The notes beneath the pieces were generated by a model that was not told where the DNA came from, ran no database searches, and worked only from the letters and a program-made list of their open reading frames with translations. Positions 1 to 8,195 of a DNA stretch of 64,000 bases are shown piece by piece. The DNA lies in the NCBI GenBank assembly GCA_963829055.1, contig CAWHHI010000018.1:1-64000 (forward strand). The letters run 5' to 3'. The position numbers were made by a program, and so were the translations under genes. Numbering within the stretch: the first letter of the stretch is position 1; each line of letters begins with the position of its first letter. The DNA comes from an uncultured Gemmatimonadaceae bacterium (GTDB lineage Bacteria > Gemmatimonadota > Gemmatimonadetes > Gemmatimonadales > Gemmatimonadaceae).

Positions 1-534
1 AGCGAAATCGACACGGAGCATGCGCACGACGCCCACCGCCGTCGTGCGTCCAAGTGTGTTGCCGAGTGCAAGGTAAACGCGCGGACGCGGGAATGGGTCG
101 GGGAGCGGAAGGTCCACAGTCCAATCGCAGGCGATCGCGGCGCTCGCCTGACGGGCACCCGCTGGTGTAGTTCTCGCCAGTATTCTCGTCGCGAGGGTGG
201 CGTCGAGCTCCGCGGTGGCGATCGCGGTGACGCAGCCGCGGTCGCATAACGCGGCTACCAGGTCGGCGTTCGCGGCGGACGCACTGGGACGAAGGCAGAC
301 GACGCTACGCGGTCGCGCGTCGCCCATGTGATCGCGGAGCAGTGCGAGCCCCACGGTACGCTCGACCGGCTCGAGGGCGTGCCCCGTCACTGGTGCGCCG
401 GCGTCGGCCAGCGTCTCTGCGTCCAGCATCGCGAGCCACCGCGCAGGGAGCTCTTTCTGGCGTCGGCTGAGCGCATTGCGCAACTCGGTTGCGGCTTCCA
501 CCGACAATGGCGTGCTGCGATCGATCCGGAGCAT
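1..534 (-). CDS. EgtD-like (histidine N-alpha-methyltransferase family) protein, 3'-partial, divergent
   Basis: Hand translation from ATG at 534 (not in the ORF track, runs off the window): MLRIDRSTPLSVEAATELRNALSRRQKELPARW...DWTVDLPLPDPFPRPRVYLALGNTLG. This resembles the EgtD motifs GL...K.LPPKW and R.V.FLG.TIGN. Confidence 0.55.
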   Translation of the reverse strand, partial: MLRIDRSTPLSVEAATELRNALSRRQKELPARWLAMLDAETLADAGAPVTGHALEPVERTVGLALLRDHMGDARPRSVVCLRPSASAANADLVAALCDRGCVTAIATAELDATLATRILARTTPAGARQASAAIACDWTVDLPLPDPFPRPRVYLALGNTLGRTTAVGVVRMLRVDFA

Positions 535-563
535 GGTTCCGCTGGCCTCGCGTGTGGCTGGCG

Positions 564-818
564 TTAGGTGACGAGCAGCGGCATGGCAACGGTGAGGCGC
601 TGCCCGGGTGCGGCAGAGACGACGAACTCGAATGCCTTGCCAGGCGTGATCGGTCCGGGCCCTTTGTCGCCCGACGGAACGGTGACAATGCCGCTGTGGA
701 CGACACTCTTCATGTTGGCCGAGATGTAGTCGGCGAGGACGCGGGGGTTGCCGTCTTCGGCGAGCCGCTCGAGGCCCTGGCCGCGATCCGGCTTGCCCGG
801 CGTGAACAGCGGTACACA
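564..818 (-). pseudogene. Spondin_N-domain protein fragment
   Basis: PLFTPGKPDRGQGLERLAEDGNP...GPITPGKAFEFVVSAAPGQRLTVAM resembles bacterial spondin-domain proteins. It has no proper N-terminus and stops early. Confidence 0.55.
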
Positions 819-823
819 GCCTC

Positions 824-857
824 GATTCCTCGACTCGCTTCGCTCGCTCGGAATGAC
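824..857. repeat. REP-like element copy 1
   Basis: GATTCCTCGACTCGCTTCGCTCGCTCGGAATGAC; the reverse complement is of the GTCATTCCGAGCGA...GAGGAATC REP-like type. It shares CTTCGYTCGCTCGGAATGAC with copy 2. Confidence 0.65.
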
Positions 858-877
858 CAACCGTTCGGAAAGACAGC

Positions 878-1384
878 CTAGCTCTGCGCCAGCGGGGCGC
901 TGCCGAAGTTGACGCTGAAGCGACGGCACCAGACGGTGACCGTCTTGTAGTTCGCGAGATCCACCGACGCCGGGATCTCGTAGTTCTGATCGCCGATGTT
1001 GCCCTTCATCGGGCCGAGCTCGACGAAGCCCGCGCTCTTGACCGTCGCGTTGTCCTGCACGTCCGCGGCGGCGACGAGATAGATGCGAACGTCGGGTCCA
1101 TTCGACGTGGCGAAGTCCGTGAGTCTGAGCACGCGACGACCGCCGCCAAAGTCGATCACCGTGGCGACGCCCTTCGTGTCGTGCGCGTTGCTGTGGAACT
1201 TGCCCGTCGCGAGCGGGGTGGGCGCGGCGGCGGTGGCCGCCGTGGTCGGATCCGCCGGAGCCGAAACGGAGCCGAGGGACTCGTTGACGGTCTGGTTCAC
1301 GAACAGCCGCTCGGGGCGGAAGGCGTACCAGCCGCCGGCGACGACGACGATGGCCAGTCCAATGAGTGCGTTGCGTTTGCGCAT
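878..1384 (-). CDS. DM13 domain-containing membrane-anchored protein
   Basis: N-terminal TM helix; motifs NGPDVRIYL, KGNIGDQNYEIP, VWCRRFSVNFGSAPL; GGAGA RBS upstream. Confidence 0.9.
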   Translation of the reverse strand: MRKRNALIGLAIVVVAGGWYAFRPERLFVNQTVNESLGSVSAPADPTTAATAAAPTPLATGKFHSNAHDTKGVATVIDFGGGRRVLRLTDFATSNGPDVRIYLVAAADVQDNATVKSAGFVELGPMKGNIGDQNYEIPASVDLANYKTVTVWCRRFSVNFGSAPLAQS

Positions 1385-1459
1385 GGTGAATCTCCTCTGT
1401 CGTGTAGACCGATCTGAGACGTTAGGCAGTGATTGTCCGGCGACAATTGCCGTCGCGGG

Positions 1460-1795
1460 CTATAAGCTCATCGCCGTCGGAATGGTTCCCATCTCGTCGC
1501 TGCGCTGGGTCCGCTCGACATGGCGGTCATCGCGCATGAACGTCATCGTCTCGCGGCGGGAGATCGTGGGCGCGCAATGCGTCCGGAACTGCACGAGGTC
1601 CTTCGCGAACAGGATGTCGAGCGTCCAGTCGAGCGCGACGCGCACCTTCTTCTCGAGGCGTGGCAGCTTCGCGAGGTAGATCGTGCGCCAGAGCCACCAG
1701 GCGAAGAAGCCCGAGAACTTGAAGCCGAGGCTGTTGGCGACACCCGCGCGCCGGCCGATCGCGGCGAGCAGACCGATCGTGCGGAGGGTCGTCAT
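1460..1795 (-). pseudogene. Type II NADH dehydrogenase (Ndh) C-terminal fragment
   Basis: GLLAAIGRRAGVA...FSGFFAWWLWRTIYLAKLPRLEKKVRVALDW is the NDH-2 C-terminal membrane segment. The FAD/NAD domains are absent. Confidence 0.75.
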
Positions 1796-1824
1796 TTCGA
1801 CCCACTTCGTTCGCTCGGAATGAC
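1791..1824. repeat. REP-like hairpin copy 2
   Basis: GTCATTTCGA-CCCACTTCGTTCGC-TCGGAATGAC: imperfect inverted repeat with the same 3' end as copy 1. Confidence 0.6.
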
Positions 1825-1842
1825 GAAGAGCACAGCGCGCCC

Positions 1843-2382
1843 TCAATGTAGCAGCGTGCGGAACTCGGCTCGGTCGATACCCATCACCGCCGCTCCCGAC
1901 GCGTAGGTCAGCCCGAGCTGGTCGACGAGTGCGATCGCCGCTCGCTCGTTCCATGGCAGGCCGCGCAGCAGCGCGACAAAGCCACTCGAGTTAGGCGCCG
2001 GGTCGGCGGTGGTCGCACGCGCTGGACCTGCGCGCCAGGAGAAGGAATCGGCGAACACGGAGACGCATCGGGCGAGCAGGCAGTCGCGCAGACCCTGCCC
2101 GCCTAACGTCGCCCAGAGCTCATCGCGCGTGCTGGCGAAGACGTCCTCTGTCAGGTCGGCGGCGAGTTCGGCGTCGCCCGTGAGCGTGAGGGCGAAACCA
2201 TAAACGGCGTCGAGGTGAGTGAGCAGCCCCGGGAGCAGTCCGGGCTCTGCCTGCTCGTCGTCCGCGGGTGGATGAGTGCGCGAGATACACGGTATCAGTC
2301 TCCGAAAAGCGGTTCTGTCGGCTGCTGCGAACCCGGCTGACCGCTTCGCCGAGTTCGCGCGCCGCAGTAATGCACGGGCCAT
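1843..2382 (-). CDS. ECF (sigma-70 family) sigma factor-like protein, degenerate/truncated
   Basis: HLDAVYGFALTLTGDAELAADLTEDVF (region 2) and LPWNERAAIALVDQLGLTYASGAAVMGI (region 4). A TGA falls where the usual ...LHRGR Arg is expected. Start uncertain. Confidence 0.65.
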   Translation of the reverse strand: MARALLRRANSAKRSAGFAAADRTAFRRLIPCISRTHPPADDEQAEPGLLPGLLTHLDAVYGFALTLTGDAELAADLTEDVFASTRDELWATLGGQGLRDCLLARCVSVFADSFSWRAGPARATTADPAPNSSGFVALLRGLPWNERAAIALVDQLGLTYASGAAVMGIDRAEFRTLLH

Positions 2383-2420
2383 GCACGACACGCATCGTCG
2401 CGACGTCGTGCCGGATGTCA

Positions 2421-2503
2421 TTCCATGAAAAGCACTTAGTCTCTGGCGTCGGCCGCCACGGAGGCCGACGCGACGTTTCATGGAACGTCCACCACGTTCC
2501 ATG
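2421..2503. promoter_or_regulatory. Nested, mutually exclusive inverted repeats in a divergent intergenic region
   Basis: TTCCATGAAA (2421)/TTTCATGGAA (2476); inner GCGTCGGCC (2446)/GGCCGACGC (2463); alternative CATGGAACGT (2479)/ACGTTCCATG (2494). Confidence 0.45.
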
Positions 2504-2604
2504 GCGTCGTGCTCGGAACACCGTTCGCGGAGGCGCGTCGAGCCGAGAAAATCGAGTGTGACGTTGTTGGGAACTTCGTGCTCGGGTGCGTGCTTGTTGC
2601 GGTC

Positions 2605-3297
2605 ATGCTGATCGATCTTTCCGCAAACCCGATCCTCGTGACAGGCGCGGTGTTCGTCGCCGGCGTGGCGACGAGCCTAACGCCGTGCCTCTACCCCATG
2701 ATTCCGATCACGGTGTCGATCGTCGGCGCAGGCGACGGCTCGGCGAGCCGCTGGCATCGCGTCGGCCTCGTCGCCGTGTACGTGATCGGCCTCGCGGCGG
2801 CCTACGCCGGGCTCGGACTGCTCGCGGGACTCACCGGTACGATGTTCGGCTCGGTGAGCACCAATCCGTGGTTGCAGTTCGCGATGGCCAACGTGATGCT
2901 CGCGGCCGCGGCCATGATGGCCGACCTCATTCCCGTTCCGATTCCCGAACGACTCCGCGCGCGCGCCGCCACTGCCGGGATCGGCGGGAAGGTGACGGGC
3001 GTCCTGGTCATGGGACTGGTCTCTGGGCTGGTGGCCGCGCCGTGCGGTGCGCCGGTGATGGCTGCTGTGCTCACGTGGGTGGCGGCAACGCGAAGCGCGG
3101 TGCTCGGTTTCGCCTACCTGCTCGCGTTCTCCGTCGGCATGTGCTCGCTACTGCTCGTCGCGGCGCTCGCGACGGAGACGACGCTCCGCCTTCCTCGCGC
3201 CGGCCCATGGATGCTCTGGGTCAAGCGCTCCTTCGCCGTCATCCTGCTCGGCGTCGCCGAGTACTACCTCGTCCAGATGGGGACACTGCTCACATGA
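2605..3297 (+). CDS. ccdA: Cytochrome c biogenesis CcdA / DsbD transmembrane domain protein
   Basis: SLTPCLYPMIP and APCGAP cysteine motifs; about six hydrophobic segments. Confidence 0.88.
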   Translation: MLIDLSANPILVTGAVFVAGVATSLTPCLYPMIPITVSIVGAGDGSASRWHRVGLVAVYVIGLAAAYAGLGLLAGLTGTMFGSVSTNPWLQFAMANVMLAAAAMMADLIPVPIPERLRARAATAGIGGKVTGVLVMGLVSGLVAAPCGAPVMAAVLTWVAATRSAVLGFAYLLAFSVGMCSLLLVAALATETTLRLPRAGPWMLWVKRSFAVILLGVAEYYLVQMGTLLT

Positions 3298-3830
3298 CAG
3301 TCGTACGTTTCATTTCCCGCGTCGCCCTCACGGTTGCTGCCGGCCTAACGCCGGTGTTCGTGCCGCTCCGACCTGCCGCCGCGCAGATCCGGATGTGGGA
3401 CGTCGGGCTCAAGGTCGGCGTAGAGGCTCCAACCGCCGCGGTCGAGCGGCTCGATGGCGGAGCCGTGAACATCGCGGACTACTATGGACGTCAGCCCGTC
3501 GTGCTCGAATTCTGGGCGACGTGGTGCCCGCTGTGCCGGAAGCTCGAGCCGTCGCTCCAGGCGGCGCGCGAGAAGTACGCCGGTAAAGTCACCTTCGTGA
3601 GCGTCGGCGTCCCGGCCAACCAGACGCCCGAAAAGCAGAAGGCGTACGTGGACAAGCAGAAGTTGACCGGCGTGTTCACGTTCGACCGCTCGAGTGCGGC
3701 CATGAAAGCGTTCGCCGTGCCGCACACGTCCTACATCGTCGTCATGGGGGCGGATCGTCGCGTCGCATACACCGGTGTGGGCGCTGAGCAGGACATCGAC
3801 GCGGTGCTGGCGAAGCTCAGCGCCCGATAA
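3294..3830 (+). CDS. TlpA-family thiol-disulfide oxidoreductase
   Basis: Signal peptide; FWATWCPLC (CxxC); ATGA overlap with ccdA. Confidence 0.88.
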   Translation: MTVVRFISRVALTVAAGLTPVFVPLRPAAAQIRMWDVGLKVGVEAPTAAVERLDGGAVNIADYYGRQPVVLEFWATWCPLCRKLEPSLQAAREKYAGKVTFVSVGVPANQTPEKQKAYVDKQKLTGVFTFDRSSAAMKAFAVPHTSYIVVMGADRRVAYTGVGAEQDIDAVLAKLSAR

Positions 3831-3845
3831 TCAGCAGGTCCACTG

Positions 3846-4272
3846 GTGAACCCCGGTCTGACTCTGCGAGTCGCTCGGCCGACCGATAATCTGGCGGCGA
3901 TTGCCGCGATGTACGCGCGGGGTCTGAGCCTCCTGGTGCTCGCCGAGTTCATCGACCACGACGGCTTCGACGGAGTGATCCTCGGTCGCGCGGAAGATCG
4001 CTTCCATCCTCGAGTTCACTTCACGACACGGGCACGAGGTGGGAAGAGCGCCGACCGAGGACCATTTGCTCGTCTTCTACATACCCGATCGGACCGAATG
4101 GGAAGCGAGCTGCGCGCGCATGATGGAGGCGGGCTTTCGCGGCGTCATCTCCTGTAACCCGTACTGGGACGTCCGCGGGCGTACGTTCGAGGATCTCGAC
4201 GGATATCGAGTGGTGCTGCAGAACGTGGCGTGGTCGGCCGAGTTGCCGACAGGAACGGACCAACCCCGATGA
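3846..4272 (+). CDS. VOC/glyoxalase family protein (YycE-like), frameshifted near 4010-4030
   Basis: LRVARPTDNL...DHDGFDGVILG in one frame; LLVFYIPD...NPYWDVRGRTFEDLDGYRVVLQN in another. Confidence 0.8.
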
Positions 4273-4504
4273 TGCGTGCGCACCGTTGAACGTCGCCTAA
4301 CGACCGGACCATCGGACCGCGCGGCACCAGCCCGTTCGCCGCGACCCACTCCGGAATACGGAAATGGGAACTCCGGAACGCATCGCGGCCTTATGGCGAC
4401 GCTGGTGCTGAAACGCGGCGGGCCGGCACCACGTGCCCTGCGCGCCGACCAGTCCCGAGCGACACCCACACAGGTGAGAAATTCGGATGTACAAGGTGAC
4501 AACC

Positions 4505-4949
4505 ATGGCAATATCGCGTCAGTGGGCGCTGTTGCCGCTGCGACTCGTAGTTGGGTACGGCTTCCTTGCCCATGGAATCGCGAAGTGGAACCGCGGTCCT
4601 GAGAAGTTCGCCAAGTTGCTGACGGTCATCGGCGTGCCGGCTCCCGGCATTACGGCTCGGGTCGTGGTCGGCCTCGAAGTGTTAGGCGGGCTCGCCATCA
4701 TGTTGGGCGTGCTGGTCCTGCTCGCCAGCCTTCCGCTCATCGCGCTCGATGATCGTCGCGATGTTCACGATCCACGTGCACTACGGGTTCAGCGCGGTCA
4801 ACACGATCGGTCTGACGGCGACCGGGCCGGTACTCGGGCCACCGGGCTACGAGATCAACTTGCTGTACGTCGGCGCGCTCCTGGCGCTCGCGCTTAGCGG
4901 GCCGGGTGCGCTGTCGGTGGACGGCTGGCTGCGCTCGAGGCGGAGATGA
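4505..4949 (+). CDS. DoxX family membrane protein, frameshifted near 4745
   Basis: LPLRLVVGYGFLAHGIAK...EVLGGL, then MIVAMFTIHVHYGF...GYEINLLY...GPGALSVDG. Confidence 0.82.
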
Positions 4950-5425
4950 GCGGGCCGGTCGCACATGTTCGACGCGCGCGCGACGACGATCGCGACCCGA
5001 TGCTCGCGCTCTGGGAACGCTCGGTTCGCGCCACCCATCACTTTCTCGAGGACCGAGATGTCATCGCCCTCCGGCCGTTGGTCGCCGAGGAGTTGGCGAG
5101 CGACGCCGCCGACTGGTGGGTGCTGGAATCCGGCGCCGGCGCGCTCGTGGGCTTTCTGGGGTTCGCTCGCGACACGATCGAGGGCTTGTTCGTCGACCCG
5201 GACCACCGACACCAGGGCGCAGGGAAGGCGCTCGTGGCGCACGCACAGCGTCTTGCCGCCGGCCCGCTGGCGGTGGACGTCAACGAACAGAACGGTGCCG
5301 CGGTGGGGTTCTATGCGGCACTCGGCTTCACCGAGGTCGGCCGGTCCGCCACGGACGCGGGCGGGCGACCGTTCCCGATCCTCCACATGAGGCGCGCCAT
5401 GCCACGTAGCATCGATGTCGCCTAA
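4946..5425 (+). CDS. GNAT acetyltransferase (YjaB-like)
   Basis: WERSVRATHHFL, LFVDPDHRHQGAGKALV, VDVNEQNGAAVGFY. Confidence 0.88.
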   Translation: MSGPVAHVRRARDDDRDPMLALWERSVRATHHFLEDRDVIALRPLVAEELASDAADWWVLESGAGALVGFLGFARDTIEGLFVDPDHRHQGAGKALVAHAQRLAAGPLAVDVNEQNGAAVGFYAALGFTEVGRSATDAGGRPFPILHMRRAMPRSIDVA

Positions 5426-5430
5426 CGTCC

Positions 5431-5961
5431 ATGAGCGACCAATACGAGATCGCACTCGCGCGACCGCAGGATCTCCGCCTGATCGCGTCGATCGAGCTCG
5501 CGGCGGCGCAGCTCCTCCGAGGGCACGCCCCGGAGGCGGTGCTGAACGAGGTGACGAGCGAGCGTGTCCTGTCGGATGCTCAACGCGAGGGCCGGCTGTG
5601 GGTCGCCCTCGCGGGCGACGCCCCGGTGGGATTCGCGCACGTCGTGGTGGTCGAGCCTAACGCGGTCCATCTCGACGAGCTCGACGTCCATCCCGACCAC
5701 GGCCGTCGCGGTCTCGGGACTCGGCTCGTGACGGCGGTCTGCGCCTGGGCTCAGGCGCGCGGCGATCTGCCCGTCACACTGGCCACGTTCCGGGAGGTTC
5801 CCTGGAACATGCCCTTCTACGCGCGACTCGGGTTCGAGGAGATCCCGCGGGCCGAGCTGTCTCCCGCGCTGCGCTCAGTAGTCGAGGACGAGGCTCGTCG
5901 CGGACTCGACCCGGCGCGACGACTCGTCATGCGGTGGCGCCCCGGCGCACGACCGCGTTAG
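5431..5961 (+). CDS. GNAT acetyltransferase
   Basis: LDVHPDHGRRGLGTRLV, TFREVPWNMPFYARLGF. Confidence 0.88.
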   Translation: MSDQYEIALARPQDLRLIASIELAAAQLLRGHAPEAVLNEVTSERVLSDAQREGRLWVALAGDAPVGFAHVVVVEPNAVHLDELDVHPDHGRRGLGTRLVTAVCAWAQARGDLPVTLATFREVPWNMPFYARLGFEEIPRAELSPALRSVVEDEARRGLDPARRLVMRWRPGARPR

Positions 5962-6401
5962 GTGCCATCGTCGTCATTGAGTCGTTTGACGTAGACAATG
6001 TCGGAGTAGCCCCAGGGCCGATCCTGAATGGCGTACTTTCGCTCGTAGCCCAGGTGCTCATAGAACTGAGGTGCCTGGAAACTGTGAGTCATGAGGACCA
6101 CTTGCCCGCAGCCGCGATCCACGGCCACCGCTTCGGCGGCGCGGACAAGGGCCTTTCCAAGGCCCTGGCCGCGGTGGCCGTCGTGAACCCAGACGTGAGT
6201 GAGTTCGCAGCAGCCTCCCCAAGTGTAGCCGCTGACCCCGGCAATGATCTCACCGGCGTCGTCTCGAATGGTACCAGCGAAGACCCTGGCATCGGCGTAG
6301 CCGGTTGCCTTCGCATTGAACTCGTAGATGCGGTCGACCAGGAACGAGTCGATATCCTGGTACCGAGACTCATCGTGCAGCTCCACGGCTTTCAGTCGCA
6401 T
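5958..6401 (-). CDS. GNAT acetyltransferase
   Basis: GYTWGGCCELTHVWVHDGHRGQGLGKALV...THSFQAPQFYEHLGY; convergent with the previous gene. Confidence 0.85.
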   Translation of the reverse strand: MRLKAVELHDESRYQDIDSFLVDRIYEFNAKATGYADARVFAGTIRDDAGEIIAGVSGYTWGGCCELTHVWVHDGHRGQGLGKALVRAAEAVAVDRGCGQVVLMTHSFQAPQFYEHLGYERKYAIQDRPWGYSDIVYVKRLNDDDGT

Positions 6402-6900
6402 ACCATCCAGTGCTGTGCAAGTCGCAATGTTTGTCGCCGCCGGCAGAGGGTGGCAGGCCGCCTCGAGAAGCGCGAATAACGCGCCGCCCCACTTATCATG
6501 GTGTCGGATCCGAAGTTCCCCAGCCGGAGGGTCGCCGCGCTTCGTAGAACCGCCGCGGTTTTCGTTCCATGGAGGCCCCGATGAGCAGGCGGGCGCGAAG
6601 GCCGCGCCGGAGAGCGAACCCCCGAGATGCTCCACGCCTAACGCCGGCGTCGCGCCGATGATGGTTTTGCGCGGGCGCCTGGCGTAAATGCGTAAGGGCT
6701 ACTCGATTGTGCTGCGAAGGACGGTATCAGTCACGACATCGCCCTCAAGCCATCGCGCCACAGGGCAGGTTGTGGCGACCTCAGAGGTTTCGCGTTGTTC
6801 GTCGGTGATCGGATCGCCAATGACGACCTCGCGCACTATCGTCGTTTCATCTGCTCATGTTTCGGAAGATGACGACGTACCGCACACAAGGAGCTGGAGG

Positions 6901-7818
6901 ATGAAGGCCATCGTTGTGACGGACCAAGCGGCGGGAACGGCCGGGATGAAGCTGGTGGAGCGGCCCGAGCCGCAGGTCGCGATAAACGACGTCGTCGTTC
7001 AGGTTCATGCCTCGGGATTCGTCGGGACTGAGTTGGCGTGGCCCTCGACGTGGACGGATCGCCTCGGTCGTGACCGAACCCCGTCCATCCCCGGGCACGA
7101 GCTGGCCGGCGTGGTCACCGCCCTCGGCTATGGCACGACGGGGCTGTCGGTGGGACAGCGGGTGTTCGGCCTCGCGGACTGGTATCGCGACGGCACGCTG
7201 GCGGAGTACGTGGCCGTCGAAGCACGCAATCTCGCGCCACTCCCGGGCGACGTCGACTTCGCGGTGGGCGCGAGCCTGCCGATCTCGGGCCTGACCGCGT
7301 GGCAGGGACTGTTCGAACACGGCCGCCTTCGGGCAGGGCAGCGCGTCCTCGTGCACGGCGCGGCCGGCGCAGTCGGTTCGATGGTGACGCAGCTCGCGCG
7401 TGAGTTCGGCGCCTACATCATCGGCACCGGACGCGCGGCCGACCGTCAGCCGGCGCTCGACTTCGGCGCGAAGGAGTTCGTCGACCTGGGCAACGACAAA
7501 CTGAAAGACGTCGGAGAAGTCGATCTGGTGTTCAATGTCATCGGCGGCGACATCGGGAAACGGTCCGCGGGCCTGATTCGCGCCGGAGGAACACTCGTGT
7601 CCGTCGTCGGACCGCCGGAGGCCCGGCCCGTCGACGGCCGAGCGGTCGATTTCGTTGTCGAGTCCGATCGTACCCAACTGAGCGAGATCGTCCAGCGGGT
7701 GCGGGACGGACGACTGCGAACGAACATCGGCACCGTCTCGAGCCTCGACGATGCCGTCGCCGCCTTCAACCCGACCGCGCGACGCCAGGGGAAGACGATC
7801 ATTCACGTTCGTCCGTGA
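6901..7818 (+). CDS. NADP-dependent oxidoreductase (MDR/quinone oxidoreductase family)
   Basis: IPGHELAGVV, GLTAWQGL, VLVHGAAGAVG; GGAGG RBS before ATG 6901. Confidence 0.9.
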   Translation: MKAIVVTDQAAGTAGMKLVERPEPQVAINDVVVQVHASGFVGTELAWPSTWTDRLGRDRTPSIPGHELAGVVTALGYGTTGLSVGQRVFGLADWYRDGTLAEYVAVEARNLAPLPGDVDFAVGASLPISGLTAWQGLFEHGRLRAGQRVLVHGAAGAVGSMVTQLAREFGAYIIGTGRAADRQPALDFGAKEFVDLGNDKLKDVGEVDLVFNVIGGDIGKRSAGLIRAGGTLVSVVGPPEARPVDGRAVDFVVESDRTQLSEIVQRVRDGRLRTNIGTVSSLDDAVAAFNPTARRQGKTIIHVRP

Positions 7819-7879
7819 GCGACACACGCCCATTGAACGCGATAGGGAAGGACAGGACGGGGGCGAGTGCAATCTTACC

Positions 7880-8165
7880 CGTCGTACGCAATCGCGTCGT
7901 GGTCATGATCGACGAGGTCCAGAACCTCGGCCGCGTCGGCGAGGTGGAGCGCCACGTCGCGCTCGTGCACGGGTACGGCGTGCAGTTCTGGCTCTTCCGC
8001 CAGGACCTGTGGACGCTCGAGGCGCGGTACGAGGAGGCGTGGGGACGTTCCTCGTGAACGCGGACGTGCTGCAGGCGTTCGGGGTGAACGACCTCGAGAC
8101 GAGCGAGCACCTGTCGCGCCTAACGAGCGAGGCGACGATCGCGGTCGAGACCGAGGACACGTCGA
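7880..8165 (+). pseudogene. TraG/VirD4 coupling-protein C-terminal fragment
   Basis: VVMIDEVQNLGRV...GYGVQFWLFRQDL..LEARY, then after a frameshift TFLVNADVLQAFGVNDLETSEHLSRL. This matches the Walker B-onward part of T4SS coupling proteins. Confidence 0.7.
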
Positions 8166-8195
8166 GCAACCCGCGTCTCCGTCTCGGCTGCGGCA

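Noticed and set aside
1843..1845. TGA readthrough or alternative genetic code at the ECF sigma stop
   Set aside because: TGA ends many intact genes in the window. A single CGA>TGA change in a decaying gene is simpler.
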